DNA of 64,000 nt from Eremomyces bilateralis CBS 781.70. Its lineage: Eukaryota. The stretch lies in assembly GCA_010015585.1 (NCBI GenBank), contig ML975171.1; one strand, 5' to 3'. The notes beneath the pieces are model-generated. The model worked only from the letters and a program-made list of their open reading frames with translations. It was not told the DNA's origin and ran no database searches. The position numbers were made by a program, and so were the translations under genes. Every line of letters begins with the position of its first letter. Within the stretch, counting starts at the first letter, position 1. This document shows, one piece after another, positions 23,011-34,345 of this stretch.

Positions 23011-23619
23011 TTAGCTCAATAATTTCAACCATTGCAAGTACAGGCACTCAATACTCTTCTCCTCCTCTCAGGATCTTCACTTAAACCTAATCGCACCAAA
23101 CCACTCTACCGGATCAATCAATCACCATGCCAATCTTCGTGTCTTTACGCCGCTTAGTCCACGATTCTAGCATCTCCATTACCAATCCATACGTCGTTGA
23201 CTTTTTCGACCGCCTCGCCGCCTCCTACAGTATGGTTGGCCACCTCGATACACTGCCTTCTACCATCCCTTCCGCGACGGCGTGGACTACACACGAACTA
23301 CGCCGGAATTGAGAATTCCCAAATAGAGAGGAGAACTCGTACTGGACATGGGCCTGGTGATGATTCGAGATGCGGTAGTACGGGCCCTCGAGACAATGGA
23401 TGGGATATAGGTCTTGCTTGGAGAGGATAATCCACGGGCATATAAGGTTCAGGAGCTGCCTATAGCGTGTAATTCGTGCCTGGATAGCTTCGATGACTCC
23501 ATTTACTCCCCATCACCCCAGTTATAAAGCCGACTTATGATCTTAGTGGGTTACGCAATCCAAAGCATAGCTTGAATCGATTGATTACTTGAAGATAACC
23601 GAAGGGTAATATTCCCAAG

Positions 23620-24191
23620 TCACTGATCCAATCCTCCCTGATTGCGGCGCCCCAGCATATCTATGACAGCGTCGATACCGTGCATAAACCCTTTCTGAAG
23701 CCAGTACAATGACAGTGGATATAACCAAGAAGCTGTCACAACGTTCCCATTTTGCAGATGTCGCCCGCTAATGGCCATCGCTTGCGCGCCCAAGGCAAGG
23801 TACATGGCTGCGCTGACTCTGTGCCTGTGCTCATGCCGGTCCCGAGTTCCATTCACTTCCGCTTCCGTACATGGCATAAGTGTTTCCCGCCAAATCGTCT
23901 TCACCTGACGTTTCACTTCCGGATCATATTCCCATAAATCCGGCTCGAGCAAGATACAATGGGTCTCCCCTTTGACGACTAGCTTGGCGAGTATCTGTCC
24001 GTTCGATTCGTGTATGCCGGTAATATAGGCATCGTTCTACAGCATAAGTAGCTGCTCAAAGCTCTTTGGGGTTTCTCTCTTACCCTTGCCTGCAAGAGCT
24101 CTGTCCCTGCACTAATGTCTTGCTCATACTCGGGGGGGGTAGTGTCCGCTAATTTCCATCTGCCGCTGTCCTCAACGTACCACCTGCCCAT
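23620..24191 (-). pseudogene. Hypothetical gene, probably frameshifted
   Basis: Two consecutive minus-strand ORFs (70 aa and 110 aa) in different frames, 27 bp apart, with no clear intron. Confidence 0.3.
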
Positions 24192-24447
24192 TTTCAGTCA
24201 GGTGTAAAATGTGGTAAATATCTTCGTTGCGTAAAATATCAGAAGTAAAGATTTGTCTGAATTTCTTCCAAAGGTGAGGTACCGCTTCTATTTAAGAAAC
24301 GACATTTAAGGCGTCCCAAGATTCAGCGGTTAGGGATGAGGAAATAAAAGATTCTTCTATATTTCCAGCTCCGGAGGTGTGAAATATCCTAGAGGACAGA
24401 ACTGGGTGGTTATCTAGTGAGCGTGTCTGCGACGGGTTGCAGATTCA

Positions 24448-24700
24448 GTGTGAGAAAACGATGGCACCACCGGCCCGCAAGAAATCACGATGTTGCAAAG
24501 TTCGTCTTTTCTATTATGACAATCCCTTATGAGCATTTTGCAAAATACCATTCTGCACTTCGCCAACTCTATGATTTCACTGGGGAGTATATGAAAGAGA
24601 CAGATAGCTCCAAAGTGAAGTCGACAGCATGACCCGATCAGATCTCAGAGAGCACTGAAACCACTTTGGGGAGAAAACGACGTTTGCTGATAAGAAACAG
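24448..24700 (+). pseudogene. Truncated paralogous copy of the 5' end of the 27431 gene
   Basis: gtgtgagaaaacga(t/c)ggcacc upstream, and MTIPYEHFAKYHSALRQLYDFTGE versus MTNPYEHFANQLSVLRQLHDFTGE; stop at 24632. Confidence 0.8.
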
Positions 24701-24804
24701 TTGCGTTATGCCATGTCATTTTCAATATGTTTGAGCCCAAGGATCTGCTTGAGCAATAGTATTGACGTGGCCTCATAGGTTCTGTATCAACAATCATGAA
24801 AGTA

Positions 24805-25273
24805 TCAACTGACAGATGCTGCGGCGTCAGGCGTATGGCACTTGTTCACATCGGTAGCATTCTCTTCCTCTTCCTTGCTTTCCAAGTAGTTCAGCCAGAC
24901 CCAGCCACTGATATGCCTTGGTCTCTCCTCATTCCGATGTAGATGCCGGTATGCTTGAAAAAACTCCTCTGCAGCTTCCTGACCAATCTGAATCTGAGAG
25001 CTCTTTTGGTTCTCATCTATCATCACCGTCACAAAAGGCCCTCCTGTCCACTTTTGGTTTAACAAATAACGGTGCGGGCTATGATCGTACTGAAAGTAAG
25101 CCCAAATCTTGTGGGTACGATCAAAGAGAAGGATTCTTTTGCCAACAACAATATCGATGATCTATTCAAGACTTAGAATGATGTACTCTGCGGTGGTCGA
25201 TACTTACATATAGTTCTTTTGGAAATCCAGGTACACCCTCATCGAGGATTCGTTCCACTTCAGACGGAGCCAT
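24805..25273 (-). CDS. Hypothetical protein, two exons
   Basis: MAPSEVERILDEGVPGFPKELY, then a GTAAGT...AATAG intron, then IIDIVVGK... in frame with the 24805-25065 ORF. Confidence 0.55.
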
Positions 25274-25928
25274 GCGTTTCTGCCCCAAAAATCCGTACTG
25301 TAGTGTGCTCGTCGGCAAAAATGGTCGATAGAGGTAGAAAGACGCCTTTCCTAAACGAACCAGTGTTTGGATACTTGAAGGACGTGAGACCTTGAGTAGT
25401 CGTTATTGTCCGGTTTTATATCGGAGGAGCACATTGGCTGCACAAGCATCGGGGTACTCGGGAGACAAATGCCAGCGGTATTGGGTGTATAGCACTGATT
25501 CACGTTTGTATGTGCTTTATTATTTTAGCCAGAGCCAGAAGATCTCGTCTTCTCTCTTGACCCATCCACAGGAAGCCACATTCTCGGCATTATAGGAAAC
25601 AAAGCAATGGCTACGGTATGGGAAAGACGACTGAGACAGGGACTAGCTCGGGCCTTAAGAAACTTCGGGACAGTTCAGTGCTCCACGCTGCCGATGTCGA
25701 TCACTGAGACCATTACCGTGAAGATAGTGACGCGGGGTAGAGAACAGTAGGTGGCTCTTCACTGAAATTTCGATCTACCTCATGGACTGAGAATCAAGAC
25801 TTGCCTGAGGAGGGGCGGCTTCTAATGACAGGATCGTTCAGGACCGCACTGTTGTTCGCAGAACCGTTATGTGGGATGAGAGTAGTACATTTACATTCAT
25901 ATTGAATGATATCTGAATGGAAGGACTG

Positions 25929-26932
25929 CTAAGGCCGGGGCCTGATAGTCGCAGGCTGCGGTGTCATAAGGACAGTACCAGCGTGTGACTCTGGCATTGG
26001 CAATTTCCTGCTCTTCGGTTGGTTGTAATTTTGCCGCTCTCCGACTAAGCTCTCGGTAGAGCTGTTGCTGTCTTTTTGAATGAAACGTAGCATATTGGTT
26101 GCCACCACTATAGTCGAAAGTACAGTCAAAACGGTGAACTGAGTCTACGACGAGTTAGTTGAATATTGGACCGTCATTCATACACCTACAGAACTGGCGA
26201 TCTGGAACCAGAAATCAATCTGTTCAACTATGCCAAGTCTATTCATACGTCCTCGAGATACGGATATCCCTACCCATAACGCGGATACCACTATACCAGC
26301 AATTGGGCTAGCTAGAAACGGCCAGTAGACGTGATGCGCCATCTGTAGTATACATGCTCTGAACCATGAAAACAGTGCAAGGACGGCAAAACTGGAAACG
26401 TGAGACGTAAGCCGAAGTGGCTGATTCCGCAATAACCTATGAGTGTTAACAGCAGCTTGTAGGGAACCTGCTTAACTCACGAGAATGTCCATGCGACGAC
26501 CGCAGCCATCGCCAAAAGGATTACCGCCCACCATCGCCATCCAAAACCTTTAAGCCGGTTCACTAGGTCGCGAATCGGCCGTCGCCGTTCACTGACGTCC
26601 GGTTCGTGCACTTCCGGAATCGACCGACGCCATTCATTGACCTCTGGTTCGTGTACAATGTCGCGACTCGACTGGAATAATTGAAAGGCCAGAACGCTTG
26701 CGCTTCGAAGTTTTTCTGCCACTTCAAAGTCTTGGGCGATACCTGCCACACCCAGCGTGGCAGTAACAATGCAAAAGAAAATTCGTAGAGAAAATATGAC
26801 CTTGACCTCTGTGCTCTTCAAGGACTTGGAGAAAATAATAAGGACGCAATCAAGTAATAGGAGTGCGCTGCCCACTGCATGCAGCACAGCTAATGCAGTC
26901 CGTTGCTGCGGAATGGTCTGATACGGATCCAT
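25929..26932 (-). CDS. Hypothetical multi-pass membrane protein (multi-exon)
   Basis: Three consecutive minus-strand hydrophobic ORFs separated by GTGAGT/GTAGGT-type donor sites; exon boundaries are approximate. Confidence 0.55.
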
Positions 26933-27430
26933 TGGGCAAGGCAAAACATGTCTGGAATAAACCCTCACTTACCTGAGCGACCGATCGCATTTAATACCTG
27001 CGAGATTTCCATACTACGAAAGATGAAAGCGTTTGGCAGTATCAGGGAGAGTTATCGCACTGTCGCTCATGGGCTCCCGGTGGAGAGCGTGGTGGCATGG
27101 ATTGAGCCACATTGCGGCGGCCGGCAGAATCATTAGCCTTCGCCGATCGGTGATGGTGGTGACCCATGGCCATATGGTTTAATGTAGTGCCATAGGTGTG
27201 TGATATGCAATCCAATCAGGATGTGGACCGCTTAGAGCCCCTGGGGGCTCTAAGCGGTCCACATCCTGATTGGACTCCTTCATATTTCCGTTCTGTGAAA
27301 TAGAGCATGGCCTACGAGCCTTCTCATCATCAACTTCTCGCTCCTTCATGCTGCAAACAAAATGAGTGTGAGAAAACGACGGCACCGCCGGGCCCCAACA
27401 CTGCCCATTTCAATGCTTGCCTTTACTCTT

Positions 27431-28396
27431 ATGACAAACCCTTATGAACATTTTGCAAATCAGCTTTCTGTACTTCGCCAACTCCATGATTTCACCGGGG
27501 AGATTTTGGAAGAGACAGGTAGCTCCCAAAGAAACTCAAGAACATGCCTCGATGCGGTCTCAGGGAGCACTGGAACCAACCTTGACGAGAGAACCATATT
27601 TGCTGATCATACAAAGACGATATCACCCGCAAAATCAGCCCTGTTCATAAGCAAAAACGCTAGCAGGCTTTCGGAGAGAGAGCAGGATTTCCTCCGCGAA
27701 GTACTCGAGAAGGAGGGTCATGTTCGGTCTTTTTACAAGAAACCTCATGACATAACTTTTCTCCAAAGCAGAGAAGACCCAAGAGTCGTGGACTTTGGGG
27801 CCATCTTTGGATCTGAGCATAGGATTCCGAAGGGCGACTCGAGGGACGGGCCGAAAAGTGACTCGGAGGACAACTCGGAGGATAGAGAGAAGGTGGGTAG
27901 CCAATCCCTAACCTCATTGAAGGCATGCTTCGCAACCAGAAATTTGGCAGTAGCGTACCACGCTGCGAAGACGGCCGCAGGAGATGCTGCGAGAAAGGCC
28001 GCACAATCGAAGGGATGGTCGAAAGTGGATACAGACAAGGCTGCAGAAAAAGCGATGAAAGACGTGTCAGCAAGAACATATGTTGAGAACAGCCCACGGT
28101 TCTTGGACAAGGTGTTAGCACGAAAGGGCATTACGAACGGCGAGAAGCTCATCACACTTGAAAAGACCACCAAAACCAAAGGGATATCGTTGGTCGTCTG
28201 CCATATTCCAGGTATGCGCGATATCACAGTCAAATCGGTCGAACTTATTGGAGAATGCTTAACAACCCCACTGTGCGCGGGAGTCTTGGATTTGGCGAGA
28301 TCGTTAGATGAGACGTTTGAAAAGTATCAAAACAACTACGATCAAAGCATCAGTAAGGTGCTAGGACAGAACGAGGAAAGCTGTTCAGGAAAGTAA
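27431..28396 (+). CDS. Hypothetical protein (may have further 3' exons)
   Basis: Long ORF of over 320 codons from the ATG at 27431; its 5' end is conserved in the copy at 24448-24700. Confidence 0.65.
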   Translation: MTNPYEHFANQLSVLRQLHDFTGEILEETGSSQRNSRTCLDAVSGSTGTNLDERTIFADHTKTISPAKSALFISKNASRLSEREQDFLREVLEKEGHVRSFYKKPHDITFLQSREDPRVVDFGAIFGSEHRIPKGDSRDGPKSDSEDNSEDREKVGSQSLTSLKACFATRNLAVAYHAAKTAAGDAARKAAQSKGWSKVDTDKAAEKAMKDVSARTYVENSPRFLDKVLARKGITNGEKLITLEKTTKTKGISLVVCHIPGMRDITVKSVELIGECLTTPLCAGVLDLARSLDETFEKYQNNYDQSISKVLGQNEESCSGK

Positions 28397-28776
28397 TGTT
28401 CCAGATTGTCCCAACTCACTACTAACTCGTCAGCAGCTAATGCAAGTGCCGAGTCCCTTCATCAGGACAATTCTCCACTTTATCCGTCGCAATTCCGCCA
28501 TCGACTTTTCGGACGGCACGATAACTCCATTCAAACAGACAATGGGCTAGCTGGAGGGACAACCGAATTCGGCAATGGATTCATGGAGGGAAACCAGCCT
28601 ACTCAAGGGGAAGGTAATTATATGAGGGAATGATTGTTTTCTCTCACTGACTTGAAGTAGGCATCTCTAACATACTCGATCCTGGTAATATCGATTGGAC
28701 CTTCGAACAGGGACTGTTCTTAGATCCACCAACGGATTGGTTGCTTTCGGATGCTCTCATTGCATGAGTAGGGCTA

Positions 28777-29326
28777 CTACTCCGGGGGTCCAGAGGACCT
28801 TTTCATTCGGAGCGATGTAGAAGACGTCCAACCTGGCCATATTCTCCGACTGGTTTTTGATACCGATTGTACCTTGTTGTTGAGTGCCGACCGGGACGAA
28901 CAAGGTGAAATCGGTGGTACTAAGCCCATTCGATGTCGAGTTAGAGCGCACCAATGTGATCCCCTTCCTGAAATCCTGTCAAGGTCAGCGACGTACATAA
29001 GAACGGAGGAAAGATCGTACAATCGGAAGCTTGCTCTGACATGCAGCTTTAATATCTTTTAAAGTAGTCTTGTTGGCCAGATCCAGGTTTTTGCATCCAT
29101 CCATAGCTTGATCGGTAATCCAGGTGGCATTCTCATCAACCCATGCCTGCAACTCGTCCAGCAGCGGCACCACATCCTCATCGAGTGTGTAGCGAGACAA
29201 GCGTTGTTCCGTCATATGTGACGTATGTGTCAGGGTCTCTGAATCGAGGGAAGATAAATAGTCGCTGAGCAATGTCAGTTCGTCTCCTGCATATGGAGGT
29301 TCGGGATGGTTTCCATGCTGCGCCAT
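28777..29326 (-). CDS. Hypothetical protein, possibly frameshifted
   Basis: A 113-aa ATG ORF overlaps an 81-aa ORF in another frame. Confidence 0.35.
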
Positions 29327-29855
29327 GTGGGATCGGCCTGCAGAAAAGTGAGTGGAGTAGCACGTGCGGTCCTAAAATCGGTCCAGCGTTCGAGATCCTT
29401 GGCACTCCACGTTAGTTTTTGCACTTCGAAATTGCGGGGGCTTAAATTACTCGAAATTGATCCCATGTTATTATATAAAACTAGAAACTGTGCGGCCTCT
29501 CCTTTATCGGAGCGAGTCATAATATTCTATGGTCTTCTGACATCATGGCACTTGTTTGTGCTGCTGGTTTCCGGTGTGCAACGATTGCGCGATTGGGAGG
29601 TTCCATCGAGCGAGCATGTACGGTGTAGCTCGCTGAATCTTCATGTTGCGATGGAGCCGATTGCCATATAAGAATGCCGAATCCTTAGTCTCTATGTTGC
29701 CAGGGAGGAAAATCTGAGACCCCAACCGTAGTGTTCACCCAGCCGTTCTAGGGACACGGCAAAGATGGTGAATAGTGAGTCTCATCTACGATGTCTAGCT
29801 GTCCAATTGTTAATGCACAGATTTAGGACGGTTCTCATATCATCAGAATTTATTC

Positions 29856-30491
29856 TTGATAGCTTGCCTTCTGGAGAGGAACAGCTTCCTTTTCCAAACC
29901 GGGGATCAGAGGTCTTTCAATGATGTTCTCCGTCGAAAAGCGGCGGACTGGGAACCAAAGATAGGGAATGACACATTGGCCTGGAAGAAAAGGGACCAAA
30001 AAAATAATACAACTTGGGAGAAGATTGCACTTGCACTTACCGGAGGAAATTACGGGTTCCGAACGATTTCCTTAAAGGATCTGCGCATGCAACTGGCCTT
30101 CATCCTCTTGGAGATACAACGGATCTCTACCGATTTCGACATTCGAATAGAGAGAAGGGAACGAACTCAAAATCTCGACGCGCAGGAAACCCTACTCCTT
30201 CTTGGGGTCAGTCTTGGTATCAGGCCGCTTCGACTAGATCCACCTAATTTCTGGTCTTTTAAGGGTCTCGATGAGTTGGCTAAGCTTCTTGCTCAGTCTC
30301 CGGTATTTCTGGATGGCATCTCGGCGTGCGACCTGGAACAAGCAATAACATCGCTTGAACTGCTCTTCAGAACTTTAGACTCCCAATCTCACGAAGCAGG
30401 CCTAAATGTTCCGATGTCCCTAGGAAAGCGGCGATCCGATAGCGATCTTCATCGTATCTCCAAGAAACTGCGAGAGGACACGGGGATATGA
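29856..30491 (+). CDS. Hypothetical protein (5' exons likely upstream, from about 29765)
   Basis: 211-aa ORF; upstream ATG followed by a GTGAGT donor. Confidence 0.5.
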   Translation: MIACLLERNSFLFQTGDQRSFNDVLRRKAADWEPKIGNDTLAWKKRDQKNNTTWEKIALALTGGNYGFRTISLKDLRMQLAFILLEIQRISTDFDIRIERRERTQNLDAQETLLLLGVSLGIRPLRLDPPNFWSFKGLDELAKLLAQSPVFLDGISACDLEQAITSLELLFRTLDSQSHEAGLNVPMSLGKRRSDSDLHRISKKLREDTGI

Positions 30492-30986
30492 GAGCTTGGG
30501 TGCGAGGCAATAAGCATAAGGCAGAAATGGGAGGAGAGAAAGGGTTACTTGTGTCTAGGGAGAGCTAAGGGGTAAGGTAATGACCTCCTTGTACATAGCA
30601 ACTTTTCTGTTTTAAATTGAAGGTAGTCAGCTTCTCCATTTTCGAATGTGTTTCACATGAATAAGTCACCCGTTCTCCTATGCCCACCGCGGCTGACGTA
30701 TCATCTTTCCTTTCTTCCGTACCTAGGACATTTAGAATATATATATATCACCGGGAAGTCTTGACGCATTTAGATGCATGCGCCAACACCGTCTCATTTT
30801 ACTTAACATGCCACCATTGGGAGAAAATGGGGAAACAGTGCCCCGCTGGACGGGTGAAAATATAAATTGAATGAAGTTGCACACTGAACTGGTCTTCTCT
30901 TTAATCAAGTCCTTTCTATATCCCAATATCTGTGAATTTTGAACGTTCGCTTTCATCTAGAAATTTCTTTCCCACTCCGATTCAAA

Positions 30987-31561
30987 ATGGCGACCAACCA
31001 TCATGAGCTGTGCCGGGAAACTATCACAGATCCAAGGTACTCAGGTTTACCCGCTCTGTGATTACGGTCGATAACATTCATAATAGTTCTACTTACTCCT
31101 TTATCTGTATTTTCCCTCGTTGTTTGAAGGTCTTTCACAGTAAAAGTGATTGGAAGCGACACCTGGCCTCGAATCACTATTGGCTCGAGCGGTGGCTCTG
31201 CGGCGACTGCGATACTCCACTTTCCTCCTTCTACGACGAGGCCTCACTACATAATCACCTTAAGGAGAAACACAGCTACAATGATGAGGCAAAGAGGGTT
31301 GAAAAGGCTGAACAAGGCCACCTGGGACAAAAACGGGAGTGGTGTGGTCTATGTAAGGCGGTTGTCGACATAGAGCCGAAAGGCGGCATAAGTGAGCATG
31401 TTTCATCTGAACATATTTCCAAGAAAGAGAATCTGGCGGCTTGGATGTGTTTCGCAGAGCGAAAAACGAAGGAAGAATTGCTCATGGAACACAGTGAGGG
31501 AGAATCATACTGTTCTGCATGTGGGAGCAATCTTTGGCAGTGGCTCAATGTAGCACGATAG
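30987..31561 (+). CDS. C2H2 zinc-finger protein
   Basis: FICIFPRCLKVFHSKSDWKRHLASNH, WLCGDC...HLKEKH and WCGLC...HVSSEH; exon structure approximate. Confidence 0.75.
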
Positions 31562-31923
31562 ATGCAGATAACAGAATGTTAAATCTATGCCAGAAGTGTT
31601 GGTGCTCGACTTCAAAATCGTTCAGGGAGGAAAGTCCAAATAGGATCAGAACGCCGACAAAGCCTAGCCCCTTAGCCGGGCATATGTTTTGCCGAGCGAC
31701 ACAGACCATCCAATTGGGCGTGGAACAGCCTCAACAGGCAACAGCCTTGTAGTGCCTTCATGCCCCACCGACTAACGCCACAAGCAGATGTGAATTCGTC
31801 GTCGTAAAAAACTGCTGTCCATCATCACGTGACACTGTCATTGTGAGGGTATAAGAACATAGCAATTTTCCTGCTTCTCAACTGTGTTGTCTAGGCTGGT
31901 TAAATTCTAATCCCTACACAAAC

Positions 31924-32454
31924 ATGGCATTAGTCGGTATCCGTGCCCCATGGCCGCCCCACAACCAGAGGTTGTGGGGCGGCCATGGGGCACGGATACT
32001 GTCCTCTTTTGTACCAGTTGTGGGAGTATACTGGATCGGCATTCTCCTGAAAAAACGACGATCACTTGTAATGTTTGCCATAGCCTGAATAAAAGTGAGC
32101 TTGATTCAATCCACGTTCTGTTTTCACTGCTAAGCTTAAGTGTAGATAACTGGCCCACCTCTGTTACAACTAAATCCAAACCTGATGCTTTCCCGTCGGC
32201 TCTCCTGCAAAAGCGGAGTGTGGTAAATCAAACGATGAATTTGGAAGATGCACAAACTTGGCCGTCGACGTCTCAATCATGCCCCTCCTGTAATAATCCG
32301 ACGATGTGGTTCAAAGACGTTCAATTACGTAGTGCAGACGAAGGGACCACAATCTTTTACCATTGTCCCAGATGCAATCACAGGTATGAAAGACTGCAAA
32401 TCTCCCTTAAGCTATAATGTTCTAATATTTCAAAGATACAATTCCGATAATTGA
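31924..32454 (+). CDS. RPA12: RNA polymerase I subunit A12-like (TFIIS-type zinc ribbon)
   Basis: LFCTSCGSILD...CNVC, FPSAL and CPSC...QLRSADEGTTIFYHCPRC. Introns at 32095-32145 and a 3' intron that gives the ending HRYNSDN*. Confidence 0.85.
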
Positions 32455-32529
32455 TGTCGGCTTCGGTGTTGGATCAGCCACTAGGACCATGCTCTGCTAG
32501 GACGCCTGCTATTATGGCAATTGTGGTAC

Positions 32530-32650
32530 CGAGACACCGTCGCCCAGGACACTCTGGCTCCCAGGACACCTGAGAGACGGGGACACATATTATACTAAGA
32601 CACCCGATGCACTATGACGTCTCCAGTACCAGGACACAGCAGGAGACACC
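32530..32650. repeat. Cluster of seven (A/G)GACAC motifs
   Basis: gagacacc, ggacact, ggacacc, ggacaca, agacacc, ggacaca and agacacc within about 120 bp. Confidence 0.6.
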
Positions 32651-32869
32651 AGATAAACATGGCTGCGCTAGGATTGTGAGAACGTCAGATTTGCCGTGCC
32701 AGCATGGCTGGGCTGATAATGGGTCACTTGTGGGTGAGGCCAAAAATGACTCAGAAGTCCGCGCAGTGGGCAGTCTGCATGGTAGGCAGTCCGCAGGAAC
32801 TCTCTCAGGTATCCGAAAACATATACGCTGATATCGGGCGTGGTCAGTAATGGACTCCCGAAGTCCGCA

Positions 32870-32943
32870 GATCCCGATTTTGGGAAACCTGACAATTAGG
32901 TTCCCAAATCTGGGATCCAAGTCCTCGAGGTCCCCAAAAAGGG
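32870..32943 (+). repeat. Dispersed non-coding element, copy 3 (core only)
   Basis: gatcccgattttgggaaacctgacaattaggttcccaaatctgggatccaagtcctc aligns with copies 1, 2 and 4. Confidence 0.75.
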
Positions 32944-33080
32944 CACTCTATCTTGATTGGCCAACTACCATGACATCAAATCGTGACAATTGGTGCCTAC
33001 CTCCACCAGGTACTAGCTCCCATTGGACTTTGCGCCGTGCGGACTAGTTACGGGTAGCTTAGGGAAATTCGCACGTTCCC

Positions 33081-33658
33081 GTGTGGCGGATCCGCTTATG
33101 CGGGACGAGCCTTAGCACTATTCTAGCTCCCGTACGAGCGCTTAGCCCGTATATACAATAGGATAATAATCTATAGTCTCGTGCGGCCGATCCATCAACG
33201 CGGGACGAGCCTTAGGCTCTCGCATGGCGCAGGTTCCCGTGTGGCCGAAAAAATCCACGCTCGCGTGCGGGCGCTTCGCCCGTATCGACAAGCAAGCCAA
33301 TGGTTCGGGCGGCAGATTGTGCCGTGCGGCGGATCCGCTCATGTGGACGAGCCTTAGCACTATTCCATCTCCCGTGCGAGCGCTTAGCCCGCGTACACAA
33401 TAGGACAAACCAAGCCACAGTCTCGTGCCGTCGTGCGGCGGATCCGCTCATGCGGACGAGCCTTAGCACTATTCCAGCTCCCGTACGAGCGCTTAGCCCA
33501 TGTACACAATAGGAGAAAACAAGCCACAGTCTCGCGTCGTCGTGCGGCGAATTCTTCGACATGGGCTGAGCCATGCTCTCGGCGGATCGAGCGCCAAGAC
33601 TGTCCTAGTCCTATTGTGTACGCGGACTAAGCGCTCGTACGGGAGCTGGAATAGTGCT
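33081..33658. repeat. Complex ~109-bp tandem array with an inverted partial copy
   Basis: Unit starts gtg(c/t)ggcggatccgct at 33081, about 33181 (degenerate), 33324, 33433 and 33542 (truncated). 33608-33658 is the reverse complement of about 33465-33515. Confidence 0.95.
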
Positions 33659-34345
33659 TTTTGAAGTAAGTGATTGTATTCTTGTCTTGAGTACAGGCCG
33701 GCGAGATGCCTATATGTATATGCATTCCCAACTCTGTTGCATGTTTCATCCACCGTGATATCTAACGGGAGAAGTGCACCATACTTTGCAGGTACAAAGC
33801 CCGCACGGCCCCCGTCATTTCAGGCACTTTGGTGTCTAACGCGATTGGTTGAATAAACAGCAGAAACCAGTGGCGATGAATATCAGACTGCGGATGAAGA
33901 GAGCGATGCCAAGATTTTAGAACATGGAAATTGGAAGAGCAGAGGAATAAGCCACATGATAACGACTAAGAGGGCACTTCTCTTAGGAATTTCTGGATTC
34001 GATAGACTGATAATAAGCAAAATTCACTCCGACACTGATTCTGAAAACGAGCTGCCTCTGCTGAACGCTGTTCAGTGCGGGGTCCCAAAGTCCGGAAAGC
34101 GGTGGCATTCCTGCCGCAGCTTCGAGCTCGGCAGAAACTATAGAGATCCGTCCCCGTGGGCGCGTCTTGAGGTCACTGTAGATATGCTGTGATCGCACCG
34201 AAAGAAATAGGATATACTGAGGGTTCAGCATTGCTGTAGGGTTGAGCTTTGAACGAGCTGTTGGTCGTCCGCAAACTTACGCCCATCCAGAGCGCGATAT
34301 CTCTAGTCTACAGGCCATTAAAGCGTGGATAAGCGCATCATCTGC

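Noticed and set aside
33081..33658. CRISPR-like array
   Set aside because: The units are long and repeated along their whole length with no unique spacers; the context is eukaryotic and no cas genes are present.
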